NCBI GenBank assembly: GCA_052168235.1
Contig: JBQLZK010000003.1
Span: 64,001-128,000 of the forward strand
DNA length: 64,000 nt
Reading direction: 5' to 3'
Source: Thainema sp.
GTDB lineage: Bacteria; Cyanobacteriota; Cyanobacteriia; Phormidesmidales; Phormidesmidaceae
Below are positions 51,829 to 60,875 of the stretch, piece by piece. Both the position numbers and the translations under genes were made by a program. How positions within the stretch are numbered: position 1 is the stretch's first letter; each line of letters begins with the position of its first letter. Under the pieces are notes generated by a model, which saw only the letters and a program-made list of their open reading frames with translations, did no database searches and was not told the DNA's origin.

Positions 51829-52347
51829 ATGAAACACACCCTCTCCGTATTAGTTGAAGACGAAGCAGGCGTTCTGACGCGCATCGCTGGGCTGTTTGCT
51901 CGGCGGGGTTTCAATATTGAAAGTCTAGCCGTTGGCCCAGCCGAGCAGATGGGCATTTCTCGGATCACGATGGTGGTGCCCGGTGACGATAGCGCGATTG
52001 AACAGCTAACCAAGCAGCTTTATAAGCTGATTAATGTGATCAAGGTGCAGGACATCACGGAAACCCCCTGCGTGGAACGTGAGCTGATGCTGCTGAAGGT
52101 GAGCGCTAATAGCAACACGCGATCGGAGATTGTCGAGCTGGCCCAAATCTTCCGGGCACGCGTGGTAGACGTAGCCGAAGATTCACTCACGATTGAGGTG
52201 GTTGGCGATCCCGGCAAAATGGTGGCAATTGTCCAGGTACTTAACCGCTTCGGCCTAAAGGAAGTCGCCCGGACAGGCAAGATTGCGCTGACTCGCGAGT
52301 CCGGCGTTAACACGGAATACCTCAAGTCGCTAGAAGCCAAACTGTAA
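51829..52347 (+). CDS. ilvN: Acetolactate synthase small subunit
   Basis: [36 protein letters not shown]. Confidence 0.97.
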   Translation: MKHTLSVLVEDEAGVLTRIAGLFARRGFNIESLAVGPAEQMGISRITMVVPGDDSAIEQLTKQLYKLINVIKVQDITETPCVERELMLLKVSANSNTRSEIVELAQIFRARVVDVAEDSLTIEVVGDPGKMVAIVQVLNRFGLKEVARTGKIALTRESGVNTEYLKSLEAKL

Positions 52348-52742
52348 AAACTGCTGGGTTTAAGTCATGAGTTCAAGATACGAGGGCATTGCTCCTAGAT
52401 CTTGAACTCGTTGCTGTATTTGCTCCTACTCAACACTCAATTCTCAGCACTCACTCCACCTAATCCACTTCACCCAATCGTCATTCATCCTCAAGACAGA
52501 TTGATGCTCGAATTAGCTCCTCCTCAAGATAGAATCGCTGTTGCGAGTGTCCTAATCAGACTGGCAGACCGCTAACATGAAGTCAGTTTGACTTTTTTTA
52601 CCCAATTTGAACACAATAGAAGAGAAACAGATCCCCTCAGGGGGGATAGTTTGAATTGGGTCTATTCTGCCTCAGAAGTAACTTGCAAAGTGCTTCTAGT
52701 CCTAGAATTGAGTTCAGTTGTAGAAATAGAAATTTTGCCATT

Positions 52743-53198
52743 ATGTTAAAGAGATTCGCGTCTACAGTTAAAGCCCTGTTCCCAGCAGCAGAGGTTCATG
52801 CTCACTGTGATGGGCCTTGTGGTGTATATGACCCTGCTTCTGCTCGGATTGCGGCTGAGGCTGTTGTCTCCATGACCAAGAAGCTGCTTGATATGGGCAC
52901 GCCCGACACCGTTGAGAAGGCCAACACCTTCTCTCGTTACGTTGCCATCAAGGAAGAGCAGGCTCAAATCGCTAAAGAGGAACTACTAATCCTCTGGACT
53001 GATTACTTCAAGCCTGTTCATCTCGATAAGTATCCTGATCTGCACGACACCTTCTGGAAGGCAGCTAAGCTCTGCTCCGCTTGTAAGGTTGAAGTCAGCG
53101 CTCAGCATGCCGATGAACTGATGGAAGCTATCCACAAGATCCACGACATGTTCTGGGCAACCAAAGAAAAAGATGTGAACTGGTACAAAGCTAGCTAG
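52743..53198 (+). CDS. sodN: Nickel superoxide dismutase precursor
   Basis: Pro-peptide followed by nickel hook HCDGPCGVYDPA; ILWTDYFK. Confidence 0.97.
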   Translation: MLKRFASTVKALFPAAEVHAHCDGPCGVYDPASARIAAEAVVSMTKKLLDMGTPDTVEKANTFSRYVAIKEEQAQIAKEELLILWTDYFKPVHLDKYPDLHDTFWKAAKLCSACKVEVSAQHADELMEAIHKIHDMFWATKEKDVNWYKAS

Positions 53199-53219
53199 TC
53201 ACAGCAAGTTGTATAAAAA

Positions 53220-53269
53220 CTGAAAGTGGTCATTTTGTTGCCGTCTGGTGACAAAATGACCACTTTCAG
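53220..53269 (+). terminator. Long hairpin between sodN and sodX
   Basis: CTGAAAGTGGTCATTTTGT...ACAAAATGACCACTTTCAG. Confidence 0.6.
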
Positions 53270-53294
53270 CTTGTGAATGCGTGAGAATAATAGA

Positions 53295-53648
53295 ATGCAT
53301 CAGCCATTGCGGGACAGTCGAACCATTGATTTGATACTGTGGCTTTTGCGGCGGCGGCGGCGGTTTCGCGTGACGGGAGAATCGATGCTGCCGACCTTGC
53401 AACCGGGGGATGAAGTTCTGGTCAATCCCTATGCTTATCAACAGCAACTGCCAAACCCCGGTGAATTAGTGATTGCTCAACATCCACTCAAACCTGAACT
53501 GCGGCTGATTAAACGCTTGGTCACGGTACGAGCAAATGGCGATTGCTTGCTGATGGGCGATAATCCTGCCGAAAGTACCGATAGCCGATCATTTGGAGCA
53601 GTGCCGCATCAGCTAATCCTGGGTCAGGTGGTCTGTCGATTTCCCTAA
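53295..53648 (+). CDS. sodX: NiSOD maturation protease (S26)
   Basis: VTGESMLPTL, LIKR, GDNPAESTDSRSFG; adjacent to sodN. Confidence 0.94.
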   Translation: MHQPLRDSRTIDLILWLLRRRRRFRVTGESMLPTLQPGDEVLVNPYAYQQQLPNPGELVIAQHPLKPELRLIKRLVTVRANGDCLLMGDNPAESTDSRSFGAVPHQLILGQVVCRFP

Positions 53649-53651
53649 CAA

Positions 53652-54293
53652 TTAAAGTTTATATGGCTGCAATCGCTTCTGCGCTTGGCTGAGGCTGATT
53701 TCAGCTAGTAATGCGAGTAGCGCGACGGGAATTGCGCCAACTAGCAAAATACTCGTGTCGTAAGTAGCAAATCCCAACACGATGAATTGACCCAAGCCGC
53801 CGCTGCCAATAAAAGCAGCCAGCGTAGCGCTGGCAATCACCTCTACCGTAGCTGTTTTAATTCCCGCGATGATTACAGGCAGGGCCAGTGGAATTTCAAC
53901 TTGGCGCAGTTGCTGACTAGCAGCCATGCCCATGCCCTGAGCTGCTTCCAAAACCGCAGGTTCAATACTGCGAAACGCCACGTCTGTACTCACCAAAACG
54001 GGCGGTAGGGCTAGAAGCGTAAGCGCGATCGCAGCCGATTGGAAACTCAGACCGAAATAGGGAATCGCTAAAAACAAAATCGCCAAACTGGGAATGACGC
54101 GCAGCGCATTGAACGTATTGATCAGTACCGTCGAGGCCAATTGAGATCGCGCACTCCACAGTCCCGCTGGCAGGCCAATCAAAAGTGCGATCGCTAACGG
54201 CACTGCAACTAACAGCAGGTGCTCACCCAGGGCGGCCCAGACCTGATCAGCATGATCAGCCGCGTAGCGATAAGCCTGAATGAGGACATCCAT
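53652..54293 (-). CDS. Osmoprotectant ABC transporter permease (OpuBB/ProW-like)
   Basis: IPSLAIL, EAAQGMGM, VEIPLALPVIIAGIK, ATLAAFIGSGGLG. Confidence 0.9.
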   Translation of the reverse strand: MDVLIQAYRYAADHADQVWAALGEHLLLVAVPLAIALLIGLPAGLWSARSQLASTVLINTFNALRVIPSLAILFLAIPYFGLSFQSAAIALTLLALPPVLVSTDVAFRSIEPAVLEAAQGMGMAASQQLRQVEIPLALPVIIAGIKTATVEVIASATLAAFIGSGGLGQFIVLGFATYDTSILLVGAIPVALLALLAEISLSQAQKRLQPYKL

Positions 54294-54762
54294 TCGTATT
54301 TACCCGATTGGTTAGTGGTGCGCTTGTTGTTTAGGTTAGAACATTTGGAGGAGGATTAGGAGTAAGGGAGAGGGAGTAAAGGAGTAAGGGAGAGGGGGAG
54401 CAGGGGAGCCAGGGAGATGTTTGGAACTCTGTGTTTTGAAGATTGAGGCAACTTTAGGAGGCGTGGCGGTAGATTTTGGATTTTGGGAGCATAATAATTT
54501 TGATTTACGTCATTAGGATTTAGCGATTCAAAGTCTGAAATTGGAAATCGATAGCAGTAACTGCATCGGTTAGGACGTTGAGAAATTCTGAAAACGTCTC
54601 ACGCTGGAACATCGAACTTTATCAACATCTCACCCAACTTGGCGACAACTATTCGATTTCCATGACAGATAACGGACATTGAAGTTAACCTTCTGCTCCA
54701 GTTGGCATCTCGACTTACGTTTAGGGAAGTTTAAACCCAAAGCCCTTTCTTTACGGAACCTT

Positions 54763-55800
54763 ATGCACCAAACGCAGACCTTTCACTGTCCAGACTGTGT
54801 GCTGAATGTGCCCTACGGAGAATCTCAGCCGCAGAAAATCCGACGACTGCGGTTAGCCTTTGTGCTGCTGCTGCTGTTTGCTGCGGGTGAGTGCTGGGCG
54901 GGGTGGCTGAGCCATAGCCTAGCGCTTCAGGCGGAAGCGGGACACATGGTGGCGGACTGTGGCGCGATCGCACTGGCGTTGTTTGCGGCTTGGTTAGCCC
55001 AGCGTTCCCATCAGCGGCTAATCGGCGGCTACCGAATCGAAGTGCTGGCGGCACTGGTGAACGGCATCGGTTTGCTGGTAGTGGGCGGACTGATTGGTTG
55101 GGAAGCGATTGAGCAGTTTCAAACTCCGCCCAGTGAGATTTTGAGTACTCCCATGCTAATCACAGCCAGCGTTGGCCTGGTGATTAACACCCTCAACGCC
55201 CTGCTGCTGCACCAGCATAGCCATGCTGATCTCAATCTGCGCGGCGCGTTTCTGCACATGGTGGCCGATATTATCAGCTCGATTGGCGTAATTATTGCCG
55301 CGATCGCAGTTTGGCAGTTCCACTGGGTCTGGATGGATAGCGCCATAAGTTTTGTCGTAGCAGGGCTAATCCTGGTAGGCGCTGCGCCGCTGATTCGTCA
55401 AAGTTTAACTGCGCTACTGGCTCAGTCACCATTGGGGGTCACGCCGGATGCGATCGCAACTCAAATTCAGCAAATTGACGGCATCAATCAGGTGCTTTAT
55501 CTCCAGTTTCGGTCGAGCCAAGCAGCCTCTACATCTATATCAGATACGAATATAGATACGAAACCTACAAATACGAAACCTACAAATACGAAACCTACAG
55601 GCACATATTCCGCTGTCCATCTCATCCTGGATGCTACCGTTCCCTCCGGTCAGTCGCGCGAACACCTGATTCACACGGTACACACCTTGCTTCAGGCTGA
55701 GTTTGGCATTGAAACCGTCACGATTCAATTTGCCCAGCCACAGACGCTCTTACCAATGTTGACCACAACGAAACTAACGGATCTCATTCAGCTCAATTAA
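54763..55800 (+). CDS. Cation diffusion facilitator (CzcD/ZitB-like)
   Basis: SLALQAEAGHMVAD, RIEVLAALVN, NLRGAFLHMVAD. Confidence 0.9.
   Translation: MHQTQTFHCPDCVLNVPYGESQPQKIRRLRLAFVLLLLFAAGECWAGWLSHSLALQAEAGHMVADCGAIALALFAAWLAQRSHQRLIGGYRIEVLAALVNGIGLLVVGGLIGWEAIEQFQTPPSEILSTPMLITASVGLVINTLNALLLHQHSHADLNLRGAFLHMVADIISSIGVIIAAIAVWQFHWVWMDSAISFVVAGLILVGAAPLIRQSLTALLAQSPLGVTPDAIATQIQQIDGINQVLYLQFRSSQAASTSISDTNIDTKPTNTKPTNTKPTGTYSAVHLILDATVPSGQSREHLIHTVHTLLQAEFGIETVTIQFAQPQTLLPMLTTTKLTDLIQLN
55556..55599 (+). repeat. In-frame 15-nt tandem repeat x3 (TKPTN)
   Basis: ATACGAAACCTACAA repeated inside the CDF gene. Confidence 0.85.
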
Positions 55801-55933
55801 CGCGAGTAGGGGCGAATGGCCATCCGACCTTACCAGGTTTTCAAATCCCCAAAATTATTCGAAGTCCCTTTGCCCCTTGTGGGCCAAAGGATTTAGGAAT
55901 GAGGGGAAAACGATTATCAGTCAACTAGGAGCA

Positions 55934-57637
55934 TCAAGACCAATCAATCGCAAACTGGAGCTGTAGCGGACTCAAACCCAGGGTGGTGGGTTCAACCAAA
56001 TTCACTTCGTAAATCGCCATCAGGTCGCGTAGTTGAGGATTACCGCGATTTTTGCCCGTAACCCCTTTTGCGATCGCAATGCCACAGCGGCCCTTAAGCT
56101 TTTTACATACGGCTTCCCACTGCTGCCGTTGTTTCCGGTAGCGAGGATTATCGCGCAGATATTCCGCCATCAGATGAAACAGACCATCCTGAGTTTGCAC
56201 CAGCGCCAGATCATACTCTTCGGCATTAAACGGATCTTCTCCCAAGTTGAAGCAGAAGTGCCGCACTCCGCCTGCGGATTGAATCCTGCTCATCATGTCG
56301 CTGCCCTTGGGCTGTGAAGTATGGATCATGATGACGGGTAAACCCTTGCCCGTTTCGGAAACGGATGGCTTGAGCGGGTTGTAAACCAGACGGCGCGCCT
56401 CTTTAGCATATTCAACCCATTCCCAAGACAAAACGCTGAACTGGATGATGGACTTCTCCGGCACCAAATCATCTTGCAATACGGGGGCCGGTGGCTGCAT
56501 CTCATCCAGCGACATCGGCAATGACAGCGACATCGGGCTGTCATCGGCCATTTGAATCAGCTCCTCTGCAATCTCAGGTAGCGTCTGTACCTTAATGGAG
56601 ATGGTTTTCGGAGATGCGCCTGGTTCCGGATTCGGAATTCGATAGCGTTCCTTCAAATCTGGTAAGTCATCCTGACTCAGGTCATCGGCATAGCGCCGCA
56701 AAAACCGCTGAAAGGCCGTCAGAATTGCGATGCAGGCAAAGGCTTCTTCCTGGACTAGCTGAGTTCTCAAGCCTTCTAGCGGATGAATCACGCCGTAGGA
56801 GGGTTCGCGTTCCGTATCCGAGACAAACGCTTCAATCCAGTTCTGAATATTGAGATCCTGCGGCAGCGCTAAATCCGGCGTGTCTGATTCATCCTCTAGC
56901 GGATCAAAAGTCAAGAAGATGCAGTCTTGCTCTAGAAACGCCTGCTGCATTTGGTTAGATGACTGGTCAGTGCGCAGAACCCGCTGCCGGAACTGCTTCA
57001 GCGACTCCAGTGAGCGGTACATCAACACACCAAACTCCATGCCCATCATGCCCAGAACGGAGAGGTAAACCGTGTCAATATCCCAGCGATTTAGCTCGAC
57101 CGCGATAATTTGCTGTTCATCCAGGATTGTCCAAGGCGCAATATCCCACAGCGCATCGGCCTGCTGACGTAGCGCCTCAACACAATCCTCCGGTAAAGGC
57201 GGCAGGTGGCTGTCTTCAATCTGCTGCTGTAACCCCTGAAAAACCTCGTCAATCAGCGGCAGTTCCGGCACGTACTCAATCACGATGTCGAGATTCTGTA
57301 AGGCACCGCGCAGGAAAAACTGAATTTCGCGATCGCGCACCACAATTTTGCCCGGACGAGACGGCGGCACTGAGCCGTGGGGATGCTCCATCGCCTGCAA
57401 CAGCGTCCGCACCACGGCTTCATGGCCCGTATCTGACGGCACAACATCCACACCGCGCACAAATCCCTCACTACCATCTACCCAAAGAATGCAGTCCCCT
57501 TTCATATCCGCACTCGGTTCCAGCCCCAGCGACGGAGCTAAGTGCTGAGTGAGTAGGCGACGGTCGCCCTCCCAAACTGACTGGGTCTTGGGGAGCTGCT
57601 GTAGGCGACGACAGGATATCGGACTAAGAATGGTCAT
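55934..57637 (-). CDS. Conserved cyanobacterial hypothetical protein
   Basis: 567-aa ORF: VWEGDRR, CILWVDGSEG, RDREIQFFLRG, SVLGMMGMEFG. Confidence 0.82.
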   Translation of the reverse strand: MTILSPISCRRLQQLPKTQSVWEGDRRLLTQHLAPSLGLEPSADMKGDCILWVDGSEGFVRGVDVVPSDTGHEAVVRTLLQAMEHPHGSVPPSRPGKIVVRDREIQFFLRGALQNLDIVIEYVPELPLIDEVFQGLQQQIEDSHLPPLPEDCVEALRQQADALWDIAPWTILDEQQIIAVELNRWDIDTVYLSVLGMMGMEFGVLMYRSLESLKQFRQRVLRTDQSSNQMQQAFLEQDCIFLTFDPLEDESDTPDLALPQDLNIQNWIEAFVSDTEREPSYGVIHPLEGLRTQLVQEEAFACIAILTAFQRFLRRYADDLSQDDLPDLKERYRIPNPEPGASPKTISIKVQTLPEIAEELIQMADDSPMSLSLPMSLDEMQPPAPVLQDDLVPEKSIIQFSVLSWEWVEYAKEARRLVYNPLKPSVSETGKGLPVIMIHTSQPKGSDMMSRIQSAGGVRHFCFNLGEDPFNAEEYDLALVQTQDGLFHLMAEYLRDNPRYRKQRQQWEAVCKKLKGRCGIAIAKGVTGKNRGNPQLRDLMAIYEVNLVEPTTLGLSPLQLQFAIDWS

Positions 57638-58049
57638 AGAGAGGCCAGCGGACTAGGTAACCAATGAACACAGTAGCAAATAGCTTAAATGACTCACCGA
57701 AATAATTCAGTACAGCAGAATGAATCTAGGAAATCTATGGATCAGGTAGATCAGGTAAGAATCAGGTCAACGGGTGGGTCATGTTAATGCGTTTGGGGGC
57801 ATTGCTAAGGGCACTGCTGCAATCTTATGTTTCATCTTAAGCATAGAAGCCGAGATCGAAAGCGGTTCTTATTAAGTCAGGGGGTTAGAGTTTATGAAAC
57901 GTCACATTTAGATCCTTTCAGGTCAATCATTACAGACGGATTCAGTATGAGTTGAATAGATTCGATAGAATGGTGACAGATCACAGGCTATTCTCGTTTA
58001 CTGGTTAGATTAGCTGACCATTTTGTTGCAGAAGGAGTCCAGCAGACTA

Positions 58050-58412
58050 ATGACACAAACCACTCAGCAAACGGCCCAACAGGGCATTCAGATGACGGAC
58101 GCGGCGCTGAAGCATGTTCTGGCTCTGAAGGAAAAGCAGGGTAACGATCAGCTTTGTTTGCGGGTTGGTGTCCGCCAAGGCGGTTGCTCTGGTATGTCCT
58201 ACATGATGGATTTTGAGGACATTAGCAATGCCCGTGATGATGATGAAGTTTACGATTATGAAGGCTTCAAGGTGATCTGCGATCGCAAAAGCCTGCTCTA
58301 CCTCTACGGCCTAGTTCTGGACTACAGCGACGCCCTGATCGGCGGTGGCTTCCAGTTCACCAACCCCAACGCCAACCAAACCTGCGGCTGCGGCAAGTCC
58401 TTCGGCGCTTAA
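58050..58412 (+). CDS. iscA: A-type Fe-S carrier (IscA/SufA/HesB)
   Basis: [28 protein letters not shown]. Confidence 0.93.
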   Translation: MTQTTQQTAQQGIQMTDAALKHVLALKEKQGNDQLCLRVGVRQGGCSGMSYMMDFEDISNARDDDEVYDYEGFKVICDRKSLLYLYGLVLDYSDALIGGGFQFTNPNANQTCGCGKSFGA

Positions 58413-58424
58413 CGCCAAATCTTG

Positions 58425-58493
58425 GTAGGGGCGAATGGCCATTCGCCCTGAACCCATTAACATTACGTAAGGGCGAATGCCATTCGCCCCTAC
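58425..58493. repeat. REP doublet
   Basis: GTAGGGGCGAATGGCCATTCGCCC ... GGGCGAATGCCATTCGCCCCTAC. Confidence 0.8.
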
Positions 58494-58511
58494 AGGTGTT
58501 TATTTTTGGCC

Positions 58512-58949
58512 TCAAATAATTCCGTCTAGGTCGATGCCAAAATCGGTTTCAGACTGTTGCTGCTGATTCATTAACATCAGCAAAATGTGGTTTAGGTAGC
58601 CATCAACGCCGCGCAGTTTCTCTTCTAAAATCTGCAGCCCACCGTTGGCATATTCCTGAAACAGATTGGCCCGCATCTGCTCATGGTCTTCGTCGTGCAT
58701 CAGGACTTTGGCATCTTGCTCATGAGCCACGGCAATCAGATCAATAATTTGAGCATTCTTGAACTGATTTAACGGAATCGGATCCGGTTCTTTTCGGGAT
58801 GTCTCGCCCAGCGGTAGACGCCGTTGATAATGAAACCCCACGACCGCCGCGAACGTAATCGCCTCAGCGTAGGTCTGAAAAACCTCGTTTCTGAGCCGTC
58901 TGACTAACTCAGCTTTTTCCGTGGCAACTTTAATTCGAATTGCAACCAT
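58512..58949 (-). CDS. DNA phosphorothioation (dnd)-associated protein 4-like
   Basis: RIKVATEKAELV...FQTYAEAITFAAVVG...EPDPI...FQEYANGGLQIL; family recognised from memory; co-oriented with the DndD-like ATPase. Confidence 0.75.
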   Translation of the reverse strand: MVAIRIKVATEKAELVRRLRNEVFQTYAEAITFAAVVGFHYQRRLPLGETSRKEPDPIPLNQFKNAQIIDLIAVAHEQDAKVLMHDEDHEQMRANLFQEYANGGLQILEEKLRGVDGYLNHILLMLMNQQQQSETDFGIDLDGII

Positions 58950-59009
58950 GAGCAACAGGTAGTGTTTTGGTTGGGGGGCGAGGGAACAGAGAAGCTATTG
59001 AGTAAACGA

Positions 59010-59660
59010 CTATTGACTGAACAATCCAATTAGCCAGCGGTTAATCGCGCCATCATCTTCGGTCTGTCCCCGTTTGAGCGCTTCTTCTACCGTGATTAAT
59101 TCTAATCCTGGTAGGACTTGTGAAGACTGAATTTCACCACTGCGTCCATCTGCGACTTCAAATGCGATCGCGCTGCCGCTCGTGACATCAACCACCCAGT
59201 ATTCGCACACACCGAACCGCTCGTAGAGCAAACGCTTGCGGCCTAAGTCATCGCTGAGCGTAGTTGACGCAATCTCCACCACCAACTGGGGCACGCCATA
59301 GCGATCCACATCTAAGGGTTCTGATTCGCGCGGCGGCAACTGAAATGTTGATCCAATATAAAACGCAATATCGGGCTGTCCATCTCGCATTCCCGACTTG
59401 CGCAGGGTGGGATTGGTGAGTTCTACGATGCGGATATCTTTCAGCGTGGCAAACAGGCTGATTACATTGGACAAAATTGAATTTTCGCGCGCGTGCAGTG
59501 GCCCTAGTGCTGCCATTTCAATCCTCATCCAGCCATTGTCGTAATAGCATCGTCCAGGCTCATAGGCTGGATGGTCGGCCAAGCTCGCATACTGCTGCCA
59601 AGTCGCTTGTACCCAAGTATCTGTTTCAATTCTGGGTGATGACGGTACCGCTCGAACCAT
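59010..59660 (-). CDS. Uma2 family PD-(D/E)xK endonuclease
   Basis: QPDIAFYIG, PQLVVEIASTTLSDDLGRKRLLYERFGVCEYWVVD. Confidence 0.93.
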   Translation of the reverse strand: MVRAVPSSPRIETDTWVQATWQQYASLADHPAYEPGRCYYDNGWMRIEMAALGPLHARENSILSNVISLFATLKDIRIVELTNPTLRKSGMRDGQPDIAFYIGSTFQLPPRESEPLDVDRYGVPQLVVEIASTTLSDDLGRKRLLYERFGVCEYWVVDVTSGSAIAFEVADGRSGEIQSSQVLPGLELITVEEALKRGQTEDDGAINRWLIGLFSQ

Positions 59661-59721
59661 CTTGATGTCCTCAGCCTTAACTTAAATGTCGCTCAACTTG
59701 AGTTAAATACATTCGACATTG

Positions 59722-59787
59722 GTAGGGGCGGGTTTAGTAGGCCAATCTGCACCGAGTCATAGATTTGACAGCAAAACCCGCCCCTAC
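59722..59787. repeat. REPIN-like element between queE and uma2
   Basis: GTAGGGGCGGGTTT...AAAACCCGCCCCTAC. Confidence 0.8.
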
Positions 59788-59821
59788 AGTTTGCGAATTT
59801 ATCAAATCCATGATCCTTATC

Positions 59822-60478
59822 CTATTGCACACCCAAGAACTTATGCGTTTGCAGACTCACGCGCCACTGTGGATGTTTGAGAACGTAGTTAAACACAATG
59901 TCTTGGCTGTTGAGCGACTGCCATTCCGGTTGCAGCAGCTTGACTATAGCATCTGGAACATGAGCTGCCTGCTGTTCGGCCCACTCCAGATCTGATTCGT
60001 CGGCAATTACCACTTTCAGTTCATTGGCATGGGCATAGATGCTGGGATGGGGAGCCTTAGATCGCTTGGGCGAAAACGTCACCCAGTCAAACTTGCCGCT
60101 AAAGGGATGAGCGCCGGAGGTTTCTAAATTTACTTGTAGGTTAGCTGCCTTAAGCTGCCGAGTCAGTTCCGTTAAATCGTGCATCAGCGGTTCTCCGCCC
60201 GTGATGACGACAATTTGGGGATTGGCGGCACGGGCAGCGGTGACCAGAGCGGCGATCTCCTGACGGGGATGGCGCTTGGGATTCCAGGAGTGTTTGGTGT
60301 CGCACCAGGGACAGCCAACATCACAGCCCGCCAGTCGGATAAAAAAGGCATTGGTGCCAGCCCAAAAGCCCTCGCCTTGAATCGAATGAAAGGTTTCGAC
60401 AATCGGCAGATCCGTTGCGCTCACCTGACTGACTGGTCGATGAATTGTGTTTGGATTGATCATTTCAGCGTTAGTCAT
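59822..60478 (-). CDS. queE: 7-carboxy-7-deazaguanine synthase (radical SAM)
   Basis: ETFHSIQGEG, FIRLAGCDVGCPWCDT, ITGGEP, LETSG, SLQTHK. Confidence 0.94.
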   Translation of the reverse strand: MTNAEMINPNTIHRPVSQVSATDLPIVETFHSIQGEGFWAGTNAFFIRLAGCDVGCPWCDTKHSWNPKRHPRQEIAALVTAARAANPQIVVITGGEPLMHDLTELTRQLKAANLQVNLETSGAHPFSGKFDWVTFSPKRSKAPHPSIYAHANELKVVIADESDLEWAEQQAAHVPDAIVKLLQPEWQSLNSQDIVFNYVLKHPQWRVSLQTHKFLGVQ

Positions 60479-60860
60479 CTTCGTATTCCACCCAGGAGTT
60501 CGGCGTTTCGGAGACGCAAACCTTCAGCTTCACGCCTTCTGGGACTTCTTTCTTGGTGCGATCGTAAATGTATTGAGCAATCATTTCCGCCGTGGTTTCA
60601 TAGCCCTCCGGCAGCACTTCATTCAGCACGCAGTGATCGAGGCCGCCCTTGAGCATATCCCGCTTGGCCCAGCGCAGCGTCCGAAAATCGCAGACCATCA
60701 CCTCATGGGGACAGTATGCCGACGAATGCAGCCGATGCGATTCAGCTTCGATGCGGACTCGGTAGGTGTGACCGTGCATCCGCCCACAAGGCCCGTCGTA
60801 GTCGCGAATTGAATGGGCAGCATCAAACGTAAATTCAGTTGAGAGTTTCCACTTTGGCAT
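60471..60860 (-). CDS. queD: 6-carboxy-5,6,7,8-tetrahydropterin synthase
   Basis: FDAAH, CGRMHGHTY, LDH..LNE, TAEMIA, VSETP; 8-bp overlap with queE. Confidence 0.92.
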   Translation of the reverse strand: MPKWKLSTEFTFDAAHSIRDYDGPCGRMHGHTYRVRIEAESHRLHSSAYCPHEVMVCDFRTLRWAKRDMLKGGLDHCVLNEVLPEGYETTAEMIAQYIYDRTKKEVPEGVKLKVCVSETPNSWVEYEDD

Positions 60861-60875
60861 AAATTCCAGCCTATC

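Noticed and set aside
58050..58412. iscA as sulfur/Fe-S donor belonging to the dnd-like operon
   Set aside because: Convergent orientation, housekeeping-type sequence, and Dnd systems need a cysteine desulfurase rather than IscA
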